From a virus (taxonomy: Duplodnaviria; Caudoviricetes): a DNA stretch of 64,000 nucleotides. Both the position numbers and the translations under genes were made by a program. Location: the IMG/VR virus record IMGVR_UViG_3300031555_002663, positions 1 to 64,000 of that record. The stretch is one strand, 5' to 3'. Below, piece after piece: positions 17,863 through 27,094 of this stretch (positions within the stretch are counted from its first letter, which is position 1; every line of letters begins with the position of its first letter). The notes under the pieces were generated by a model. It was not told the origin of the DNA, did not search any database, and saw only the letters and a list, made by a program, of their open reading frames with translations.

Positions 17863-17919
17863 CTTTATTGTACCACAAACCTTTCGGTTTGTCAATACCT
17901 TTTTCAAAACTTTTTGAAA

Positions 17920-18090
17920 AAGTTTTGGCTTGTGTATCCTGCGTATCCACGACATTTTTTCAGCCTGCGTGGTCTGGTTCACATTTGTATACCGCAAACA
18001 GGAACACCTTGCGGTCGGGTCTTGGGGAATCGGTCTTACTGACTCACACGGGTCACACCTTTTTGGCTTTGCCATTCCCTCGCCTTTTGT
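17920..18090 (-). ncRNA. candidate structured ncRNA 2 (about 170 nt)
   Basis: Own promoter 18097-18125; stems GGGAAT/ATTCCC, ACCGCAA/TTGCGGT, CCACG/CGTGG. Confidence 0.45.
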
Positions 18091-18452
18091 ATCTTTATTA
18101 TACCACATCGGGAGCGGATTGTCAAGACCTTTTTCAAACTTTTTTCAAGTTTTTTCATCTTGCCTTTTGGCGGCTAGCCCCTCTCCCTTGGGACAATTAT
18201 AGTATACTACATTGAATGCAGTTTGTCAATAGTTTTGGGAAAAATAATTTCTTTTTTTATTTTCGCAAAACCCCTTGACAAAATGGCTGGCGGCATGGTA
18301 TAATAAAAATTCGGCCCAGCGCGCTCGTCGCCGGGCCGCCAATTATACCACATCAGCTTGCATTTGTCAATAGTTTTTTGAAAAAAAATAAATTTTGTGC
18401 AAAAAAGAGAAAAAATCTCCGATTTCTCGGAGATTTTTGTAAGATTTGCCGA

Positions 18453-18851
18453 TTATTTCGGCTTTCTTTTCTGCACAAGGGTCAATTCATAGGCATTTTC
18501 ACCAATTTTGAAAGCAATTTGGCGTTCTTTGTTGGTGATTTCGACATTTTCGCAAGCATTTTCGCTGTTTTCGGTCAAAAACTTGGCAAGTTCGGCAATG
18601 ATAGAGCCTTTTGTGGGGTTTTCCTTTCGGCTACGCTGTCCACCTGTGTTGTCTAACTTGTAGACGGGAGGGGTTTTGCGTGTCCCTGCGTTCCTTGCTT
18701 TTTTGCTTGCTTTTTCCTGTTCGGGAGAGAGTTCAAAGAGTTTTGCACCTTTGTCAATCTGTTCATCACACTTGATTACATCGTCAATCTCTTCCTGTGT
18801 GAAGCCTAAACTACGCATGGCTTCAATCTGCGACTTTTCAACTTTTGCCAA
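18453..18851 (-). CDS. hypothetical protein, paralog family B copy 1
   Basis: 132 aa; QIEAMRSLG...DKGAKLFEL...KKAR...VYKLDN shared with 20741-21127. Confidence 0.7.
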   Translation of the reverse strand: MAKVEKSQIEAMRSLGFTQEEIDDVIKCDEQIDKGAKLFELSPEQEKASKKARNAGTRKTPPVYKLDNTGGQRSRKENPTKGSIIAELAKFLTENSENACENVEITNKERQIAFKIGENAYELTLVQKRKPK

Positions 18852-18970
18852 AGCGTCATCCCCTTTCCTTGATTACATACTAATTATACCACATCAAAGG
18901 CGATTTGTCAATAGGTTTTGCAAAAAAGTTTTTGGAGAGAGGGAGAAATTTCTCCCTCTCTCTGTTAGGC

Positions 18971-19330
18971 TCACGCCTTGGAGAAATACGCCTTACGCTT
19001 CTCCTCAGTACGAACCACCTTGCCGTCATCCTTGAGCTGACGCATCAGAGCAGAAACACGCTGATTGGACAACTCGGCACACTCGGCAACTTCTTTCTGA
19101 ATTTCGGTTACGGTGTACAGACGGTTAGGCTCCATGGCTTCCAGAATGGCTTCCTTGATACCCTCGTTGGCAGTCTGCTGGGCAGTCGGCTTCTTTTCAG
19201 AGGCGTTCTTCTTCGCCAACAGTTCCAGTTCATGGTCGATGAACTCCACCAACATCTCATTACCTGCAACCTCGGGGATAACCTTGAGCATCTCGAACTT
19301 CTCACGCTTCGTAATCTTCTTCATAGTCAT
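18971..19330 (-). CDS. winged-helix DNA-binding protein, family A copy 2
   Basis: FIDHELELL..KNASEKKPTAQQTANEG...LSNQRVSALMRQL. Confidence 0.75.
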   Translation of the reverse strand: MTMKKITKREKFEMLKVIPEVAGNEMLVEFIDHELELLAKKNASEKKPTAQQTANEGIKEAILEAMEPNRLYTVTEIQKEVAECAELSNQRVSALMRQLKDDGKVVRTEEKRKAYFSKA

Positions 19331-19749
19331 AGTATCAACTTCCTTTCTTGCGTTGGTCGCAACCCTTATTGTATCTTTATTATACCATACTCGGTTGAGT
19401 TTGTCAAGAGGTTTTTTGAAATTTCCTAAAGTTTTTTTCTTTCGGCTCTTGACTTTCTTTCCCTTTCTGTATCTTTATTATACCATACTCGGTTAGGTTT
19501 GTCAATACCTTTTTGAAAACTTTTTGAAATTTTTTTCTGACCTCTTGGAGTTCCTCTCCCTTGGTACATTATTATTATACCACCACTCCCCCACATTGTC
19601 AACACTTTTGGGAAAAATAAAAAAATAAAAATTTTCGCAAAAACTCTTGACAAAATTTGTGCCGCGTGGTATAATGGTGAATTCGGCGCCCATCGACCGT
19701 GGGCGCCGCGCCAAAGTCAATAGGCAAATTGCACAAAAAGCAAAATCCC

Positions 19750-20232
19750 TTAAAGGGATTTGCTTTCAGAAACGAAATACTTTCCGTTGTGCTTTTCGAT
19801 GAAGTTTTTGATGATAGTGCTTTCAGCCTGAGTGTGAGAGTAGAAGTCAACTTCGTAATACTTTACAATGTCATTGTACTTGTAACCAATGTCGTTGACC
19901 TTGCCCCACTCTTTCAACTCGGCAATCAAATTATCGTCGTGCTTGAAAGTGGTTTCAATCTTCCACAACTTGTCTTTGCGTGCCTTTTCCTCGCCCCACT
20001 TGACAAGGAACACGCCGACCACATTACACACAAAAGTGATAATACATTTCTGCCACATAGGGAAATCGGCAACCGTGTAAATCATCATAATGTTATAAAA
20101 TGCGAAATAGCCACCAGAAATCAGACTTGCCGCAATCTTACTGCCGTTAATGGTTACGATGGAGCGAATAGTGGAGAATACCACATTCACAATGGAAAGT
20201 CCGACAAACACCAACAAAAATTCGTAGTTCAT
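19750..20232 (-). CDS. membrane protein, possibly DUF2179/UPF0316-like
   Basis: Three N-terminal TM segments (STIRSIVTINGSKIAASL) and a soluble C-terminal domain. Confidence 0.55.
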   Translation of the reverse strand: MNYEFLLVFVGLSIVNVVFSTIRSIVTINGSKIAASLISGGYFAFYNIMMIYTVADFPMWQKCIITFVCNVVGVFLVKWGEEKARKDKLWKIETTFKHDDNLIAELKEWGKVNDIGYKYNDIVKYYEVDFYSHTQAESTIIKNFIEKHNGKYFVSESKSL

Positions 20233-20331
20233 AGTATCAACTCTCTTTCTTACTTTCTATAATTATTATAACATAATTTTAATGATTTGTCAATAGGTAA
20301 ATGCTAAATTATTTGTTTTTTTCTCTTCCTT

Positions 20332-20490
20332 TTAAGCAAGGAAGAGAAATTTAGCCAAATAGGCAAAAGCCATGATTTCAATGCCGAACCACACCATTAA
20401 GCCACCACAATCACTGTCGATAGCCTTTACAAATTGTGCAGATAACTGAAATACAAAGATAATTAAAATAACAAGATTAAAACTATTCAT
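20332..20490 (-). CDS. small membrane protein (52 aa)
   Basis: Manual translation MNSFNLVILIIFVFQL...; own promoter upstream. Confidence 0.45.
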   Translation of the reverse strand: MNSFNLVILIIFVFQLSAQFVKAIDSDCGGLMVWFGIEIMAFAYLAKFLFLA

Positions 20491-20740
20491 AACTCATTTC
20501 CCCTTTCTGTAATTACATTATACACCCACTACTGGAAACTGTCAAGGGTTTTAGGAAAAAAAGTTTTTTAATTTATTTTACATTTTTCTCTTGACAAATT
20601 GCGTGGACTGGGGTATAATTAAAATTCCGGCCGCAACGTGCGTGAGCGGCCGGCCAATTTTACCACATTCATTTGGATTTGTCAATAGGCAAAATGCACA
20701 AAATTTTCATTTGGTAAAATTGCACAAAAAAAATGCCCCC

Positions 20741-21127
20741 TCAAGAGCGGGGGGCACTCAACACGATTTTGTACTTTTTGCCGTTCCAGTCGAACACAAA
20801 TTCACGTTCAGGGTTCAGCACTTCAAGGCTTTTGCAGTCGGCTTGGTCGCTGATGGTCTTGGTCAACAGTTCAATCAAACCGCCCTTGACATCATCTGCC
20901 TTTTTATTGCGCTTTCCTTTGGAATTGTCCAGACTGTAAACAGTGGGTTTGCGCTCGGCTTGTCTTGCCTTCTTTGCGCCCTTTTCTAACTCTGGGGGCA
21001 ACTCGAACAGCTTTTCGCCTCGGTCAATGCGCTTGTCATCTTCCAAAACCTGTTTGATTTCTTCCTCGGTCATTCCGAGATTTCGCATGGCTTGAATTTG
21101 CTTTTCATTACTTGCCATCTTCATCAC
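20741..21127 (-). CDS. hypothetical protein, family B copy 2
   Basis: Paralogous to 18453-18851. Confidence 0.7.
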   Translation of the reverse strand: MMKMASNEKQIQAMRNLGMTEEEIKQVLEDDKRIDRGEKLFELPPELEKGAKKARQAERKPTVYSLDNSKGKRNKKADDVKGGLIELLTKTISDQADCKSLEVLNPEREFVFDWNGKKYKIVLSAPRS

Positions 21128-21211
21128 CTGTCCTTTCTGTACTTATAGTATAGCACAAGGTGGAAGGTTTGTCAAGGGGTTTTTTGAAAAACCCCTTGAC
21201 TTTTTCCTTCA

Positions 21212-21574
21212 TCAGATAGCCTTGAAGTAAGCCTTGCGCTTATCTTCAATTCTCTCAACCTTGCCGTCATCCTTCATCTGACGAAGCAGAGCAGATACAC
21301 GCTGGTTAGACAGTTCTGCCATACCCTCGCAGTTCTTCTGAATGTCGGTAACGGTCATCATCTCGCCGCTTTCAGCAAGGAAGTCATAGATGGTGTCCTT
21401 CAGACCTTCATTTGCCACCTGCTGTGCAGTGGGCTTCTTCTCGCTTGCGTTCTTCTTGGCAAGCAGGTCGAGTTCGTGGTCGATGAATTCGACAAGCATT
21501 TCGTTTGCGGAAACTTCGGGGATAGCCTTCAGCATTTCAAACTTTTCTCTCTTAGTCATCTTCTTGTTCATCAT
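21212..21574 (-). CDS. winged-helix DNA-binding protein, family A copy 3
   Basis: Paralogous to 17174-17545 and 18971-19330. Confidence 0.75.
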   Translation of the reverse strand: MMNKKMTKREKFEMLKAIPEVSANEMLVEFIDHELDLLAKKNASEKKPTAQQVANEGLKDTIYDFLAESGEMMTVTDIQKNCEGMAELSNQRVSALLRQMKDDGKVERIEDKRKAYFKAI

Positions 21575-21812
21575 AGTATCATTCTCCTATCTCGTGTTAG
21601 GTCACGACCCATTTTTTTATCTGTAAGAGGCTTCCCTCTTTACATTCTTATTATACCATACTTGGTGAGGTTTGTCAAGGGGTTTTTCAAACTTTTTTAA
21701 AGTTTTTTTCTTGGAGGTTTTGTTTCTCTCTCCCTCTCACTGTAATCATTATACCACAGTGAGAGGGGTTTGTCAAGAGGTTTTTAAAAAGTTTTTTGAA
21801 AAACTTTTCAGA

Positions 21813-22472
21813 TTAGAAACGGCACTTTACATTGTTAAAGCGGTAGGGAGTGTCGCCCTTGTGTGCATTTCGAGTGAATTTGCGGTGAGTGTTCCAAACT
21901 GCACGCAGGATTTCAACTTCGATTTCGCAGTCAGCGAGAGCGGTGTGTTCTTCGACAAACTCAATCTCTCCGCTGATGAAACGATAGCAAATTTCAGCGG
22001 ACATCTGAATGTTGCCCTTTGCAGTTACAAAGCCATTTTCGGCACAGAATTTGTTATACTTTGCATACTGTCCGATAGTTTCAAAGAAAGCGAGCCAGGT
22101 GTCAACAAATTCCATTCCCTCAATGCACTCTGCAACGAAAGTCTTGTTGAAGTCAAAGCCAGAGTTGTGAGCGCAGGCGCAGGAAACATCGTTGGAAGTA
22201 AGCCAGTTGGAAAAGATTTCCTTTGCTTCATCTTCATTGTAGCAAATGACAGTTGCAGGGTTCTTGAGCAAGTCACGGTAATAATCTTTCTTATACTTGC
22301 CATAGAAAGCACTATCGAGCATTAAGTTGCCGATAACTACAATGTCAATGCGGTCAATTTCGCCCCTCTTGGAGAGGGCAATGCCAGCGCAGTGGTAGGT
22401 AGGGCAATGAGCCTGAGCCGCACCGCCGAGGGTTTCAGTATCAATTACAGCAAAAATCTTTTCCTTAAACAT
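21813..22472 (-). CDS. DEDDh (DnaQ-like) 3'-5' exonuclease
   Basis: VIDTET, AHNSGFD, EEHTALAD motifs; start refined to MFKEK. Confidence 0.8.
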   Translation of the reverse strand: MFKEKIFAVIDTETLGGAAQAHCPTYHCAGIALSKRGEIDRIDIVVIGNLMLDSAFYGKYKKDYYRDLLKNPATVICYNEDEAKEIFSNWLTSNDVSCACAHNSGFDFNKTFVAECIEGMEFVDTWLAFFETIGQYAKYNKFCAENGFVTAKGNIQMSAEICYRFISGEIEFVEEHTALADCEIEVEILRAVWNTHRKFTRNAHKGDTPYRFNNVKCRF

Positions 22473-22920
22473 GGTATCAAATCCTTTCAAATTAGTGATT
22501 GAGGTTTGCCATCGCTCTCTCAACCTTACATACTTATTATACCACAGGTCGGTCGGTTTGTCAAGAGGTTTTTTGAAAGTTTTTTAATTTTTTTTTCTAA
22601 CCTCTTGGAACTCCGTTCCCTTACCTTGTATACTTATTATACACCCAACGGCTGAAAATGTCAAGGGTTTTGGGAAAAATAATTATTAAAAAAATTTTCG
22701 TAAAAAGTCTTGACAAATTGCGTGGGAAGTGGTATAATAGAAAATTCGGCGCGCCACAATCGTCCGCGCGCCGCCGAAATTTGTCAATACCTTTTTTGAA
22801 ATTTGTGCAAAATGACGAAAATCCCAACCCGAAATGGATTGGGATTTTCATCAAGAAAGAGAGAGGGAAGGGGGTGGAAAATAGTGGGATGGGGCTGATT
22901 AGCTCAACCCCCGAGAAGCC

Positions 22921-23175
22921 TTACCAGCAGATGGTGTAATTGCCGAAACTGCTGTGAACAGTGAAACCGCTCTGCTCAAGGTAAGCCTTAAGGAAAGTCC
23001 ATTCAATGTTCCTTGTCTTTGTAAAAGTGGCTTCTCTCCTGCCGTGCTTTGCGGCATCTTCAAGGGCAGGTCCGATGACTTCTTCTGCATACGCCATTGC
23101 CCTATTCATCTTTGCAGTTTCACGCTCACCCTGTATCTGTGTAGCGACTGCTTCTAACTCTTTTGCATTTTTCAT
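22921..23175 (-). CDS. hypothetical protein
   Basis: 84 aa with own promoter and RBS. Confidence 0.65.
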   Translation of the reverse strand: MKNAKELEAVATQIQGERETAKMNRAMAYAEEVIGPALEDAAKHGRREATFTKTRNIEWTFLKAYLEQSGFTVHSSFGNYTICW

Positions 23176-23230
23176 GGTATCAACTCCTTGTCCTTTTGTA
23201 CCTTAATTATACCACATGAGGAGGGGTTTG

Positions 23231-23536
23231 TCAACCCCTTTCCTCAAATTCTTTGAGAATTTTTGCGGCTTCGGCGATTGCCTGCTTGAAACGACCTGAC
23301 AGCTCATGCTCTCCGCAACAGTCCATTTCATCAGCAATGTGTTCTTTTACTTTGTTCAGCTCATCGCCAAACTGAGTGGCGTACTTGGCAAAGCAGACGC
23401 AGGGCATGGAGCCGATTTTGTCAACATAGATTTCCAGTGCTTCGCCCTCGCGGATGCCACACTGTCTGCGGATTTCCTTGGGGATTACAACTCTGCCGAG
23501 GTCATCAACACGGCGAATAATTCCAGTAGCTTTCAT
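23231..23536 (-). CDS. AbrB/SpoVT-family transcriptional regulator
   Basis: N-terminus MKATGIIRRVDDLGRVVIPKEIRRQCGIREGEALEIYV. Confidence 0.85.
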   Translation of the reverse strand: MKATGIIRRVDDLGRVVIPKEIRRQCGIREGEALEIYVDKIGSMPCVCFAKYATQFGDELNKVKEHIADEMDCCGEHELSGRFKQAIAEAAKILKEFEERG

Positions 23537-23613
23537 AGTATCAATTCCTTTCTTGTTTGTGTCTTAATTATACCACATTTCGGGAGGTTTGTCAAGGGGT
23601 TTTTTGGAAGTTC

Positions 23614-24060
23614 TCAAAGATTTTTGAGAACTTCCATGATGTTCTGCACATCGTAGGCTCTGCCCGTCCAGTTGTCACGGTTCTTTGCTTCATCGTCAAA
23701 GAGAATGTCAAGAGGATTTTCGCAGAAGTTCTGCTTCGGTGTACCGTAAGGGACGATTGTAATTCTATCCCAATTCACAGAGGGAAGATGTTCGGCAAGC
23801 CAACGCATTTTTGCTTCGGTGACTGCTTCGTTATAGGCTTCGCTTCCACTCTTGGAAAGCCAAGAGATAACAGCGATTTCATAACCTGCTCTCTGGAGTG
23901 CGTTTAACTTACGAGCCAGAGTGCAAAGGCGAAGCAGAGGATTTGCGTTTGCGTAGGGGAATACATCTTCATTGATAAGGTATTCGAGCCAGTTTTCAAC
24001 GCCGTAAAGGTCAGCAATCGTGCCGTCCATGTCAAAGTTAATAGTAATGTTCATCTTCAT
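23614..24060 (-). CDS. HAD-superfamily phosphatase (5'-nucleotidase-like)
   Basis: FDMDGTIAD motif I, ISW, LFDDE motif IV. Confidence 0.75.
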   Translation of the reverse strand: MKMNITINFDMDGTIADLYGVENWLEYLINEDVFPYANANPLLRLCTLARKLNALQRAGYEIAVISWLSKSGSEAYNEAVTEAKMRWLAEHLPSVNWDRITIVPYGTPKQNFCENPLDILFDDEAKNRDNWTGRAYDVQNIMEVLKNL

Positions 24061-24130
24061 AGTATCAATTCCTTTCCTTACTTTCTATAATTATTATACC
24101 ACCGATTGACCGATTTGTCAAGGGGTTTTC

Positions 24131-24562
24131 TTAAATTTCTTTCTGAAATTTTACCCAAGTTTCGTAGTAGTCTTTTTCTACGCTCTTGGAATAGCCTTCT
24201 TTCTGGTAGCCTTCTTCAATGAACTTGTGCATTTTGTAGTCAAATTTCATTGCCCATTTACGCAGATGCAGAGGGGCTTTTCTCCATAGGTTACTGTAAC
24301 CCCAATCCATGCAGTAGTAAAAAGCATTATCTTCTTCGACCCATTCGAGAATGTAGGGCAGAACATGGTCAAGCACCTTGCAAGCGGTTTCTTCGCTCCA
24401 CTCTCTACGATTGTAAGCCCATTCAGATGCCTTGTCGTAAGCAACCACAAAGGGAATGAGGGGTAGTGCCCAGATGTAATAGCTGTACTTTTTGCCGTGG
24501 ATTACATACCACTTTCTTTTGGATTTATTCTCTCTTGTCTTTGCGTATTCAAAATCTTTCAT
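24131..24562 (-). CDS. hypothetical protein with one TM segment
   Basis: 143 aa, own promoter. Confidence 0.65.
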   Translation of the reverse strand: MKDFEYAKTRENKSKRKWYVIHGKKYSYYIWALPLIPFVVAYDKASEWAYNRREWSEETACKVLDHVLPYILEWVEEDNAFYYCMDWGYSNLWRKAPLHLRKWAMKFDYKMHKFIEEGYQKEGYSKSVEKDYYETWVKFQKEI

Positions 24563-24781
24563 GTTTGTTTCTCCCTTCCTTTACTGTATCTATAGTATAC
24601 CATACCCGCCCGCATTTGTCAATAGTTTTAGGAAAAATAATTATTTTATTTTTTTTTGATTTTTCTCTTGACAAAATGTGCAGGCTGTGGTATAATGGAA
24701 ATAACGCGCGCCTGGGTCGTGGGCGCGCGGCCGAAAAAGAAAAACCGCCCCCATTTCGGGAGCGGTTTCTGCAAGGGGAAA

Positions 24782-25030
24782 TCAAATTCCCCAAGCAGTC
24801 ATCATCATCCAACCCAGAATCATCATCGTCCATTCCTCGGTGATGTAATCCTCTTCGGCGTTGGCGGTTACATAGACCTCACCAGTGTAGCCATCGACCA
24901 CATCAACGGGAGCGCCGTTGGTTGCGTGTTCCATCAGAGCACAGATGGCAACATCAGCGGAGTTGGTGGCAACAGTAATGTCGCAGTCCTCGTAGTGAGC
25001 AGTTACATAGTAAGCAGAAGTGTTCATCAT
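24782..25030 (-). CDS. hypothetical protein
   Basis: Start refined to MMNTSAYY after AAAGGA. Confidence 0.6.
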   Translation of the reverse strand: MMNTSAYYVTAHYEDCDITVATNSADVAICALMEHATNGAPVDVVDGYTGEVYVTANAEEDYITEEWTMMILGWMMMTAWGI

Positions 25031-25109
25031 AGTATCAAATCCTTTCCTTTTTTGTATCTTAATTATAGCACAGAGCAGATGATTTGTCAAGGGGTTTGGA
25101 GAAGATTTT

Positions 25110-25328
25110 TCAATCTTCTCCGACACAACTTCTACAAAAGATGTTACCCTCTTCGTCAATCATTGCAGAAGGAAGAATCATCGAGCTGTCACAGCACTGG
25201 CATCTGACAATCATCGGCAGGTCATTGGCGAAGAACCATTCGCCGTTAATCTGTCCCTTCGGCATTTCTACGCCGATGTTTTTCTTAATCCACTTTTCAG
25301 CGGTGAGAATCTTTTTAGTGTTAGCCAT
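25110..25328 (-). CDS. small zinc-finger protein
   Basis: MANTKK...CQCC...CRSC. Confidence 0.6.
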   Translation of the reverse strand: MANTKKILTAEKWIKKNIGVEMPKGQINGEWFFANDLPMIVRCQCCDSSMILPSAMIDEEGNIFCRSCVGED

Positions 25329-25418
25329 GGTATCAATTCCTTTCCTGTTTTCTGATACTATTATACCATACTCTGAGCAGTTTGTCAATAGGTTTTTGAA
25401 AAGTTTTTAATTGGCTCT

Positions 25419-25835
25419 TTAGAAAGAGCCAATCTGTGTGATGCCTTGGTCTTTCAACCATTCGCAGAACTGGTCGGCAGGAAGTAAGTCAACAAGGTCT
25501 TTCATGGTGTACCATCTGGTCACTTCCATCTTTTCCCATTTCACACGAATAGGCTCAAAAGTCTTTTCAGTGAGTTCAGTGTTGTTTCTTTCAATGTCGC
25601 CCCAGTGAATTTCAATGGTAGGACGACCACGAAACAGAGTGAAACCAGTTTCGGCATTTCTAATCATGTTGCGTTCAATCGCTTCACATGCTTCGGCAAA
25701 TGTGCCGTAGTAGTATTCTGTACTGTTGGAACTACCTTCCATTTCAATGTAGCGAATGTGGCTCCAGATGGAAGTGTCACAGAAGTCGCTGTTTCCGATT
25801 GCTACGGAACATCTAAGGTCAATAAGTTTTTTCAT
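25419..25835 (-). CDS. hypothetical protein
   Basis: 138 aa with own promoter and RBS. Confidence 0.65.
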   Translation of the reverse strand: MKKLIDLRCSVAIGNSDFCDTSIWSHIRYIEMEGSSNSTEYYYGTFAEACEAIERNMIRNAETGFTLFRGRPTIEIHWGDIERNNTELTEKTFEPIRVKWEKMEVTRWYTMKDLVDLLPADQFCEWLKDQGITQIGSF

Positions 25836-25895
25836 AGTATCAATTCCTTTCTCTCTTGCTTTCTGTAATTATTATACCACACATTAGGGGCTTTG

Positions 25896-26222
25896 TCAAC
25901 CCCTAATTGTGAAAAGTTCGGGATGTCTTTTGCAATTTTTAGTGATGCGTTTTTCCATGCGAGGGGACATTTGCCCTTTACCTGCCATTCTGTACAGTTT
26001 GTATCCCTGAGATACTGTTGCCATGAATGCAGTAATTACAATGTCACGATACAGATTCTTTACTACGATAATTCCGCTACTGGTCAGAATGTATCTTTTT
26101 TCTTCTTCAACTACTGCAACTTCGAGAACTGCATTGGTGAAGCCGAGGACTTCTTCGAGAGCCTGCAGGCGGTTTGCTCTTTCTACTCCTGCGTGGAAGG
26201 TGGTGTTGTGGATGGTAGTCAT
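25896..26222 (-). CDS. hypothetical protein
   Basis: Start refined to MTTIHNTTFHAGVER. Confidence 0.6.
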   Translation of the reverse strand: MTTIHNTTFHAGVERANRLQALEEVLGFTNAVLEVAVVEEEKRYILTSSGIIVVKNLYRDIVITAFMATVSQGYKLYRMAGKGQMSPRMEKRITKNCKRHPELFTIRG

Positions 26223-26292
26223 TGTATCAAGTCCTTTCTTGTTTCCCTTTGTTGTATTTATTATACCACGGAGAAGGGGTTTTGTCAACCCC

Positions 26293-26646
26293 TTATTTGA
26301 AAAATTCTCCGTAATTTTTTCTGTTTTTTCCACACTTGAAAGCGCACAGACCGAGTTCGCACAGCTGATTGTAGAAGGGGTCTTCGTAAGGAACTTTGAA
26401 CCATTCAGTTTTCTTGCCGTCAATGGTAGCAACTACCATTTCATAACCCATTTTGACGATTTCCTTGTGGAACAGACCTTCCACAAAATGCTTGCTCTTT
26501 TCCATGGTCTTTACATAGCTAATGCAACGGACTTCGGGGTTGTGTGTAGTGTAAGCATTGAAGCGGTTTGCAAGGTCGCTTGCAAAACCAGCCTTGAACA
26601 GGGCGTAGTTCTTCTTTTCATCCATCATCAGATACACAGAATTCAT
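26293..26646 (-). CDS. GIY-YIG-like (T5orf172/MUG113-type) nuclease
   Basis: VYLM...FKAGFASDLANRF...YTTHNP...E..FH...EWF pattern. Confidence 0.55.
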   Translation of the reverse strand: MNSVYLMMDEKKNYALFKAGFASDLANRFNAYTTHNPEVRCISYVKTMEKSKHFVEGLFHKEIVKMGYEMVVATIDGKKTEWFKVPYEDPFYNQLCELGLCAFKCGKNRKNYGEFFK

Positions 26647-26745
26647 TTTAATTTACCTCTTTCTTTCTCTTGTTGTTTTCCCTTGTTGTTGTATTTATTA
26701 TAGCATGGAAGGGGCTGTTTGTCAACCCCTTTTTTCAATTTTGTT

Positions 26746-26916
26746 TTAATTATTTTCAGCAAATTCAGTAAGCATTACAAATGCATTGTATTCACTGTGT
26801 ACAGGATTGGGCATGGTGTTGTCTGCGACGATGTCTACCCAACTGGCTACAAGCCACAACATGAACAACACATTTACTAAACACCACAATCTACCTAACC
26901 ACTTCATCATTGTCAT
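26746..26916 (-). CDS. small membrane protein (about 56 aa)
   Basis: Manual translation MTMMKWLGRLWCLVNVLFMLWLVASWVDI... Confidence 0.5.
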   Translation of the reverse strand: MTMMKWLGRLWCLVNVLFMLWLVASWVDIVADNTMPNPVHSEYNAFVMLTEFAENN

Positions 26917-27094
26917 CATCTCCCTTTCTTTAATACTATTATAGCATTACGGGAGATTGTTGTCAATAGTTTTTTTACAACTTTTTTTAGTTTTTTTACT
27001 GTAGCACTTTAGCGCGCTAAAGCTAGGGCTCCAGCGGCCCTGCTCGGCGCCAACGGCACACAAAGAAAAAGAGAGGGCTTTCACCCTCTCTTGA

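Noticed and set aside
17845-18108. ORFs beginning MWYN or similar, and long N-terminal extensions in the ORF track
   Set aside because: They arise from the promoter text TGTGGTATAAT, lack an RBS and run across other promoters; starts were refined to RBS-backed ATGs
16255-26240. Conserved AAAGGANTTGATAC(T/C/A)ATG motif before many starts as a novel operator
   Set aside because: Largely explained by extended Shine-Dalgarno pairing, since the 16S 3' end complement is AAAGGAGGTGAT
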